From assembly GCA_963745025.1 (NCBI GenBank), contig CAVUWD010000005.1, forward strand, positions 96,001 to 160,000: a stretch of DNA of 64,000 nt, written 5' to 3'. The DNA comes from an uncultured delta proteobacterium (GTDB taxonomy: Bacteria > Desulfobacterota > Binatia > JACPRU01). Below are positions 1-7,533 of the stretch, piece after piece (the stretch's first letter is position 1; each line of letters starts with the position of its first letter). The notes below the pieces were generated by a model. That model was given only the letters and a program-made list of their open reading frames with translations. It was not told where the DNA came from and searched no databases. The translations under genes and the position numbers were made by a program.

Positions 1-158
1 TTTCCGCTCTCGGCTGAGAGCGCCGTGCGCCGAACCGCACGTCGCCCTCCGTTTCACTTGCCGATACCCAGCCGAGCCGGCGGTGCCCGAGGTCGTTCGC
101 CGGCGGCGTCTGCCGCGGCGGCGGACCGCGAAATAGGCCGGAGAGCCGCGTCAACGCG

Positions 159-3100
159 CTACGCACCATCGACTGCGGGCGCTGACACCTCTCCTTCCCA
201 GTCCACGTCTTCGAGCAGGTACGCGAGCATCCGCGGATCGTCGTTGTCGGGTAGCTCTCGCTTCGGGATCAGCCACCGCGATGCGCGGATGTGGGCGTCG
301 ATCACGGATGCCGCTTCCGACACCGGAACGCGAATCTCGAACTCTCCCGGCCCGAAGCGGAATTCGCCGGCGGCGCGACCGTCGACGCAGACCTTGAGGG
401 TCTGCGGGCTGAGCGACGGGTAACATTCGGGAACCCTGACTCGCAGCCGCAAGCCGTGCCCGCGCCGGGGCAAGACGAGGTGCAGGTTCGGCGAGGCCCA
501 GCGGTCGGAATACCACTGAGCCGCCGAATCCGCCTTGCAGTACCTGGGGATAAACGTTTCGTAGCCGCGCGTCTGGACGAACGCGTCGAAGTACTCGGGA
601 TCGTGGCGCTGATGCGGCACCCCCGCCCGCAACTCGCCCGCCTGGGTCGCGTCGAAGAACCGGCGCAGCACGGCCTCGGTCTCTTCGACGCTGGCGTCGC
701 CGCTGCCGCGGAACGAATTCTCCCCGTGTATCCGATGGAAGTAGAGACGATCCGGGACGAACGTCGGGCTGGTGTATCGCAGGGCCGTCAGCAGGAAATC
801 CCAATCGTAGCACAGGCGCAGATCGCGGAAGCCGCCGACCAGGTCGAACAGCTCGCGGCGGAAGAACAGGTTTCCCGTGGACAGCGCGACGTTGAAATCG
901 AGCAGTGCATATTCGAGCCGCGGATATCGCAGGGCTTCATCGACTTTCGCCCGTAGACGATCCGCGTAGGGATCGCCTGGCGAGATCGCCGAGCCTTCCG
1001 CATCCACCAGATCCACCCCCGAGAACGACAGCGAGGAATCCGATCCGTCGAGCGCTCGGTGAAGCCGCGCGAGCCGCTCGGGATGATAAGAATCGTCCGA
1101 GTTCAGCACCGCGATGAAATCGCCCGCCGCGCTCTCCACGGCGCGATTGAGCGCCGCGGCGGGCCCCGCGTTGTGCTGCGCGACGATCTCCACCGGCAGC
1201 TTCGGGTTGCGCTCCGCAAACGACTTCGACAGCGCGAGAGTCGCATCGCTCGACCCGTCGTCGACGACCACGATCTCGAAATCGGACCACGTCTGGCGCA
1301 GCACCGATTCGAGCGCAAAGGAGACGTACGCCGCGTGATTGTAGGCCGGCACGACGACGGAGATCGCAGGGCGCGGCTTCCCGTACCGCCGCGACCGCGC
1401 CGTCACCTTGCGCAATGCCGCGGCGGTCGCGTTCAGGTACGCATAGCCGTAGCGCTTGTCCGGCTCGAGATGCGCTCCCTCGGCCCATTCGTTCCACGAG
1501 TTGACGAACACCAGCCGCCGGCTCGGCGGCTGATGCGCGACGGCGTCCTCGCATGCGCTCTGCAGCCATTGCTGATAGAGCCGCGGGCTGGCGCCCACGT
1601 ACACGTTGCCCAGTGCGCCGCGCCGCGGCGTGTTGTCCCAACCCGGCATGACGGCGCGGAACAACGGATACGCTTCTGGCCTCGATTGCATCTTGTCGAG
1701 CACGACGTCTTCGTAGTGGTACGCCGATCCCTCGTATCGCGGGTTCAGCAGCGCGAGCGAACCCGAGACCTGGCTCGCGCTCGTGCCGTGCGGCGGGAAC
1801 TCCACGGCGGCGTCGAATCCGAGCGGCACGGGGTCTTTCAGGCCGAAGGTCTGCGCGGCGACCAGGAACAGATCCCCGATGCCCGACTGGCGGCAATGAT
1901 GCCGCCAGCGCTCCACGGTGTCGCGCGGCTCGGGCAAGATGTCCGCTCGATAGACGACGAGCAGCGGCCTGCCCTCCACGCGGATGTAGCGCGGATCGCG
2001 GAAGATCGCCTCCACGTCGCGGATGAACGCGAAGTCGCTCTCGGGCGAATGCTCCTGGCCGAGCAGCAACTCCTGCTCCGCGCCGTCCCACCGTCGCGTC
2101 CAGTTCTCGTTCGCCCAGCAGATGCAGAACGGGCGATCGAGCCGCGGATTGTCGAGGAGCTGGCGCAGCGGGCGGTCGAGAAGCTTTCTGCCGTTGAACC
2201 AATAATAGTGATAACAGAACGCGTACACGCCGTAGTGCGTGGCGAGCTCCAACTGGCGGGCCTGGATCTCCTCACCGACCCGCAGATCGTAGAAGCCGAG
2301 CTCGCCCGGCAAGTGAGGCTGATAGTGGCCGACGAACTGCGGCTTCGCGCGCGTGACGTTGGTCCACTCAGTGAATCCCTTTCCCCACCATTCGTTGTTC
2401 TCGGGGATGGGATGAAACTGCGGCAGATAGAACGCGATCAGGCGCACCGTCGTCTCGCCGACCGCCGTCGCGGAGATGGGTTGATAGTCGGCGGAGGCTT
2501 CGGCGTAGAGCTCGCGCACCAGGTCCGCGTCGAGCAGATCGCGATCCGCATGGGCTGCGCCGGTGGCGGACCGGGGACGAGACGCTTCGCGGACAGCGGT
2601 CGACGGCTGCGGATCCGAGCGCGCTTGCGGCGGCGGGCCCAGCGCTTCCGAGATCGGCGCCGCAGCGGAGCCGGGGTCCGGCGTGGAGGGCGCGCCTCCG
2701 TTGCGGTCGAGGAACTTCGCCGCCGATCCCTTGAGGGCGCCGTAGAGAGCGCGGAGCGCGCTGCCCTCTGGGGCGACCCGGTCGAGGCGGCGTCGCAAGG
2801 ACTCGAGCGCCTGCCACCCCGCGGTGCCGCGGAACACGGACAGCTGCTCGTCGAGCCGAGCAACGATCCGTCCCCGCTCCTCGGCGCGCTCGATCTCCTC
2901 TTCGAGGCGGCGCGCCAGCTCGAGCCGCTCTCGCTCCGTCTCGTCGAGCCGGCGCTCGAGGATCCGCTGCCTGGTGTCGAGCATCGTGCGGACCTGCGTC
3001 AGCTCCCATCGCGCCCTCGCAGCGTCTCGCGCAGATTCACCAAGCCGCATCTCGAGCATTCGCCGCTTGTTGTCGCGGTTCGACCGCAGCTGCTCGACCT

Positions 3101-3938
3101 GGCGCCCGGGGTCGGCGAGCTCCAGCGCGCGCTCGCCGAGCCGTCGCTCGAGCTGCGAGACGTGCCCCTGATACCGCGCTGCGAGCAGCGATTCGGCGCG
3201 GCTCGCGCTGGGCAGCGCGGCGACGACGAAGAACTGATACGTGGTCGCCAGCGGGTCGCTTCGCAGCTCGGCCACCAGTTGCTCGGGGTATTTCGTGAGG
3301 TCGAGGCGCGTCTCGGTCTGATCGATGCCGCGCACGATGCGCGTCTGGCTTTGGATGGAGTACCCGGCGTCGCGGAACAAGCTCTGCACCGCCGTTTCGT
3401 CGAAGAAGCGGATGTGATCGCGGTCGAGAAGCCCGGTGTCCGTGTAGCGAAATGCGCCGGACAGAAGCGCGAGCCGCACCGCCCCGTGGGCGACGTTCGG
3501 GATCGACGCGAGGAGCCGCGCCTGCGGCGCCAGCACCGCCGCCAGCCGTCGCAGCACCTCGCCCGGATTGCGCAGATGCTCGAGGACGTCCAACGCCAGG
3601 ACGACGTCGAACCGTTCCGGGAAAGCCGCCGCGAAATCGAACGACTCGAGATCGGCGACGACGACCCTCTGGCAATGCGGCCGTGCGACGTCCGCGGCGG
3701 CCGGGTCGGCGTCCACCCCCCACACCGAGCAGCCCCGCGCCGCGAGAGCCGACGCGACGACGCCCGGCCCGCAGCCGACGTCCAGCACCTTGCTGCCGAC
3801 CGGGACGCTCAGCACGGCCAGGGTATGCGCGTTGTTGAGGTCGTTCAGGTTCAGCGGGACGAGGTATCGCAGCGCCGAAGCCTTGTCCGCACTGCCCGTC
3901 TGCTCGGCGCGCCGTTTTCGTACAACCGCTGGTTTCAA
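159..3938 (-). CDS. Multidomain glycan biosynthesis protein: class I SAM methyltransferase + coiled coil + WbsX/GH99-like domain + GT2 glycosyltransferase + C-terminal beta domain
   Basis: VLDVGCGPG SAM motif and DVLEHL; E/R/L-rich heptads about aa 255-400; IAFYLPQFHPIPENNEWWGKGFTEW...FVNSWNEWAEG (WbsX); ISVVVPAYNH...VVDDGSSD...LNSDD (GT2). TTG start uncertain. Confidence 0.9.
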   Translation of the reverse strand: MKPAVVRKRRAEQTGSADKASALRYLVPLNLNDLNNAHTLAVLSVPVGSKVLDVGCGPGVVASALAARGCSVWGVDADPAAADVARPHCQRVVVADLESFDFAAAFPERFDVVLALDVLEHLRNPGEVLRRLAAVLAPQARLLASIPNVAHGAVRLALLSGAFRYTDTGLLDRDHIRFFDETAVQSLFRDAGYSIQSQTRIVRGIDQTETRLDLTKYPEQLVAELRSDPLATTYQFFVVAALPSASRAESLLAARYQGHVSQLERRLGERALELADPGRQVEQLRSNRDNKRRMLEMRLGESARDAARARWELTQVRTMLDTRQRILERRLDETERERLELARRLEEEIERAEERGRIVARLDEQLSVFRGTAGWQALESLRRRLDRVAPEGSALRALYGALKGSAAKFLDRNGGAPSTPDPGSAAAPISEALGPPPQARSDPQPSTAVREASRPRSATGAAHADRDLLDADLVRELYAEASADYQPISATAVGETTVRLIAFYLPQFHPIPENNEWWGKGFTEWTNVTRAKPQFVGHYQPHLPGELGFYDLRVGEEIQARQLELATHYGVYAFCYHYYWFNGRKLLDRPLRQLLDNPRLDRPFCICWANENWTRRWDGAEQELLLGQEHSPESDFAFIRDVEAIFRDPRYIRVEGRPLLVVYRADILPEPRDTVERWRHHCRQSGIGDLFLVAAQTFGLKDPVPLGFDAAVEFPPHGTSASQVSGSLALLNPRYEGSAYHYEDVVLDKMQSRPEAYPLFRAVMPGWDNTPRRGALGNVYVGASPRLYQQWLQSACEDAVAHQPPSRRLVFVNSWNEWAEGAHLEPDKRYGYAYLNATAAALRKVTARSRRYGKPRPAISVVVPAYNHAAYVSFALESVLRQTWSDFEIVVVDDGSSDATLALSKSFAERNPKLPVEIVAQHNAGPAAALNRAVESAAGDFIAVLNSDDSYHPERLARLHRALDGSDSSLSFSGVDLVDAEGSAISPGDPYADRLRAKVDEALRYPRLEYALLDFNVALSTGNLFFRRELFDLVGGFRDLRLCYDWDFLLTALRYTSPTFVPDRLYFHRIHGENSFRGSGDASVEETEAVLRRFFDATQAGELRAGVPHQRHDPEYFDAFVQTRGYETFIPRYCKADSAAQWYSDRWASPNLHLVLPRRGHGLRLRVRVPECYPSLSPQTLKVCVDGRAAGEFRFGPGEFEIRVPVSEAASVIDAHIRASRWLIPKRELPDNDDPRMLAYLLEDVDWEGEVSAPAVDGA

Positions 3939-4130
3939 TACCGATGGCTCCGGCCGAGGATGCGACGAAACGTTGCCATCTTCCCGCGCTCCTGTAAAGG
4001 GCGCCCGTCGGTGCGCTGCGAGGGCGCGCGACTCAGGAAGCGATGAACAAGCGGCGGTTCTCCGCTTCCCGGTTGAGGACGAGGGCAGTGCGCCTCTGCG
4101 ACTCGCAGCGCGCGAGCAAGCTCGACCACA

Positions 4131-4259
4131 CTAGAGCTCCCGGTGGCCGAGCCGGCGGACGCGAAGGCAGAAGGCGACGTCTTCGTCGCCGTTGAAGTAG
4201 AGCGGGTCGAATCCACCGCAGCGCTCGAAGATCTCGCTCTTCGTCAGCAGGCATGCCCA
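4131..4259 (-). pseudogene. GT2 glycosyltransferase internal fragment (about 42 aa)
   Basis: Manual translation: ACLLTKSEIFERCGGFDPLYFNGDEDVAFCLRVRRLGHREL*, the GACLL..GGFD..ED.D.CLR segment of GT2 enzymes; no start or rest of gene. Confidence 0.65.
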
Positions 4260-4295
4260 CGTTTCATCCTTCAGGGTGCGTATGCGAATCCAAAC

Positions 4296-4560
4296 TCAGA
4301 AGTCGATGGCCAATCCGATGAGCGGGCCCCGGAACTGGAGGTCGATATTTGCCGCGCCCTTCGACTTGTTGAAGTCGAGCAGGCGGTAACCCGCCGCCAG
4401 GTGGAGGGTGGTGTTCTTGGGCTTCCAGGGGCAGCTCTACTGGAAGGCCGAACTATATCCCAGCAGAAGTCGGATCCCGTCTGGAAGGGAGCCGCGTCGC
4501 CGCGGAAGGACCAATCGGCCTTGTCGAAGAGGTTCAAGGTGATGCGCCCGCCGTGGATGG
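4296..4560 (-). pseudogene. C-terminal fragment of an outer-membrane beta-barrel protein (frameshift and internal stop)
   Basis: GGRITLNLFDKADWSFRGDAAPFQTGSDFCWDIV / AFQ*SCPWKPKNTTLHLAAGYRLLDFNKSKGAANIDLQFRGPLIGLAIDF*; amphipathic strands and a terminal Phe. Confidence 0.55.
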
Positions 4561-4827
4561 CCGTTTCAAAGCCCCTCTCCCTTGGGGCTATCGTCGCAGC
4601 GCGGGCCTCGATGGCAACGGCTCGCGACGTTGCAGCGACAACGGCTCGCCGACTCGCTCGCGCGGAATCTCGAACGACTCGGATTGAAGCGCCGACCGAA
4701 GCAGCTTCCGACGTTGCCGTCGTCGGAGACCCGCGGTCGTAACGTCGCCTGCGTCAGGTGCTTGCGGGTACGGCGGCCGTAAAAGCGACGAGTTTCCTGT
4801 CTTAAGCGGCACTGGTACAATTGCCCC

Positions 4828-7524
4828 ATGACGCGTCGCGACGGTTGCGAGGTGCTGAGCTTCCGGGCGCGAGGGCTCTACCCGAACCTGCGGTGCATGC
4901 TCGCCAGCCTGTCCGAGCAGAGTCGACGGCGCCCCGCAGACGGTAAGTTGCCCGGCGACGTGGCGTCCGTGGTCGAGTGCACGGTTCGTGAGGATGGCCG
5001 CACGCGGAGCATCGAGCTGCCCGTAGGCGCTGCCGACCTGCTCGCGTTGCGCCACTCCGATCAGCCCGCCGCGCTTCACCACCTCTCCCTCATCCTCCGT
5101 GCCCAAAAGGGGGACGAGGCCAGCCGGAATGAGCTCCAAAGCATTGCCCAGAAGCGGTTTCGCAAGCTGCAGGATCGCCTCGACCGCCTCGAGCAGTTGG
5201 ATGACCGGTATCTGATCTTATCCAGCGACCAGCAGCAGTACCCCTCCGAAACGGCGAGCCACAAAGGGTCGATGCTGCTCCGGCTCAGCCAGCAGGGGTA
5301 TCCGGTTCCGGATTTCGTCATCCTCACCGCCGATGCCTATCCAGAGAGCGAGCAGCGCCTGAAGCAGCACGTCACCCGCGCCGTCGAAGCGCTCGAAGGC
5401 CTAGTCGGGCGTCGGCTCGGAGCACCGACGGAGCCCCTTGTGCTCGCCATGCGCTGCGCAATGCCTCAGTACTACCCAGGCTTGATGCCGACCTACCTCA
5501 ACGTGGGCATCACGGAGAGGACGCTGCCTGGCCTGGAGAGCCTTTTTGGCCGTCGTGCGTCCAATATGATGTACCTGAATAACCTCAAGAACCTTCTCGT
5601 CGCCTTGGGCGAGGAGACAGGCACGGTCCTCCGCAAAGCGGACGAGACGCCACCTGAGGACGCGGAGGAGTTCCTCGTCCGGCGCGTCGAAGAGGCATCG
5701 GCGAGGGTGCGCAAGCACGATCCCCGATTGCTTCAGGACGGATTCCATCAGGTTGCCTTCCTCGCTTTGGAGGCCTACCGCAACTTCGAGAGCAACGCCG
5801 ATCTCGTGGCCACCCTTTCGCGCGGCACGATCCAACGCCCGGCGATCATCATGCAAATGATGGTCTGCTCGGTCAGGGAAGAGAGGTCCTATGTGGGTGT
5901 GCTTTACAGCCGCAACCCGATGACCGGCTCAGGGTGCGAGATCGAGACCGCGATGGGGACCTTCGGGGAAGACATCATGACGGGGTCGGTGGAGACGACG
6001 CGGACCGACTTCGATGGTCCCGAGGAGATCCGCGAGGCTTTCCCTTCCGTGTTCAGCTTCATGCCCCTCGTACCCAAGCTGGAGCAGGAGTTTCAGTTCC
6101 CGGTCACCATCGAGTTTGCGGCCGAGGCCGGCGCCTACACCGAGCTCTTCGCGCTCCTCCAGCTCAACCAGACCGGCATGACCGGCCGCGCTGCCTTCAT
6201 CTCGGCAGTGGATCTTCACAAGGCCGGTACCATCTCCCGGAAGCGCATCCTCGAGCTGATCCAGCCGTACCACGTCAAGCAGATCGAGTCCGACACCATC
6301 GATACCCGCTCCTTCCAGGATCTCTACCGCTTCGGCGACGGCATCTCGATTCTCCCTCGCGCCGCCATCTGTGCCCGCGTTTACTTCTCTGCCGAGGAAG
6401 CCCTGAACGCCAAGCGGCGGGGCGAGAGCGTCTGTTTCTGCAAGCCGACATTCGCGCCCACCGACACCGTCGTCATGCAGGAGGTCGACGCCATCCTCAG
6501 CCTGAGCGCCGCCGCCATCCACGTGGTCACGATCTGCCAGAGCTTCGGCACCCCGGCCCTCTTGAACCTGGAGCGGGATGGCATCGCGTTGAAGCCCGAG
6601 CGATGCCTTGTCAACGCCGACGGGGTGGAGATCCACGAGGGAGACTTCGTGACCATCTCGTCGCGCCGGCAGGCGTTATTCAAAGGCAAGGCTCGGTTCG
6701 AGCCCGCCCGCTTCATCCGCTACCTGCAGGGCGAGGAGCCTGAGCTTACCGAGGCGGAGCGGAAGGCCTTCGAGGACATGGCCTATGCCTACCGCTACTA
6801 TTTCAAGCTCGTCAGTACACTCAGGCAGGAGCAGGTGACGAGCTTGTGGGAGCTCATCCGCCTGGTCAACCTCGAACTCCGCGGCAAAGAGGAGGAAGCC
6901 CGACAGTTCGTGCGGGCGTGGTGCGATAGTCACGAGCAGTTCTACGTCGACGAGGTGCTGCGCAGCGAGCTCGGCGATCACCTCAATCAGCACAGAGTGT
7001 TCGAGATGCTGACCGTGGATCAGAAGATCCGCTTCTTCGCCAAAGCTCTGGATCGTTGCGAGCGCGAGAAGATGTTCGGCTACGCCGCCGGCGCCTTCAT
7101 GCTTGGACGGTTCATCTCGACTCCCCTGCCGGTTGCCTTCTGGCGCTCATTCGGGCCAAGCAAGACCGCTCTCCTGCTGAACGAGTGGCTGCTTTTCGAG
7201 AAGTACATGCACGTGCTGCACAGCGTGGGCGAGCGGAAAATCAACCGCGCCCGGAAGCGCATCCTCAGCGAAGGGCTGCCCGAGATCCAGTTGGCACCGC
7301 CGGCGTTGACGGTGCTTGTCCCTTTGAAGCTGGCGGCAGCCGACATCACGTCTGTTCGCAAGTCGGTTCCCCAGTGGTGCGACCCGCAGCTCCCCAAGCT
7401 CCTGGACCTTCTCGAGAGGCCCTACAAGGCGTTCTTCGACTTCAAGGCGCCCTGGTCGCGCGGTAAGCTGGAGGCCATCTGCGACGAGGCCGGCCTCAAG
7501 ATGCCCGGCCCAGACGACCGGTAG
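4828..7524 (+). CDS. Divergent pyruvate,phosphate dikinase-like protein (ATP-grasp + phospho-His swivel domain, novel C-terminal domain)
   Basis: SHKGSMLLRLSQQGYPVPDFVILT, PLVLAMRCAMPQYYPGLMPTYLNVG, GVLYSRNPMTG, GEDIMTG and AILSLSAAAIHVVTICQSFGTP align to PPDK N-terminal and central domains; PEP/pyruvate barrel motifs absent. Confidence 0.85.
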   Translation: MTRRDGCEVLSFRARGLYPNLRCMLASLSEQSRRRPADGKLPGDVASVVECTVREDGRTRSIELPVGAADLLALRHSDQPAALHHLSLILRAQKGDEASRNELQSIAQKRFRKLQDRLDRLEQLDDRYLILSSDQQQYPSETASHKGSMLLRLSQQGYPVPDFVILTADAYPESEQRLKQHVTRAVEALEGLVGRRLGAPTEPLVLAMRCAMPQYYPGLMPTYLNVGITERTLPGLESLFGRRASNMMYLNNLKNLLVALGEETGTVLRKADETPPEDAEEFLVRRVEEASARVRKHDPRLLQDGFHQVAFLALEAYRNFESNADLVATLSRGTIQRPAIIMQMMVCSVREERSYVGVLYSRNPMTGSGCEIETAMGTFGEDIMTGSVETTRTDFDGPEEIREAFPSVFSFMPLVPKLEQEFQFPVTIEFAAEAGAYTELFALLQLNQTGMTGRAAFISAVDLHKAGTISRKRILELIQPYHVKQIESDTIDTRSFQDLYRFGDGISILPRAAICARVYFSAEEALNAKRRGESVCFCKPTFAPTDTVVMQEVDAILSLSAAAIHVVTICQSFGTPALLNLERDGIALKPERCLVNADGVEIHEGDFVTISSRRQALFKGKARFEPARFIRYLQGEEPELTEAERKAFEDMAYAYRYYFKLVSTLRQEQVTSLWELIRLVNLELRGKEEEARQFVRAWCDSHEQFYVDEVLRSELGDHLNQHRVFEMLTVDQKIRFFAKALDRCEREKMFGYAAGAFMLGRFISTPLPVAFWRSFGPSKTALLLNEWLLFEKYMHVLHSVGERKINRARKRILSEGLPEIQLAPPALTVLVPLKLAAADITSVRKSVPQWCDPQLPKLLDLLERPYKAFFDFKAPWSRGKLEAICDEAGLKMPGPDDR

Positions 7525-7533
7525 GTCGCGACG

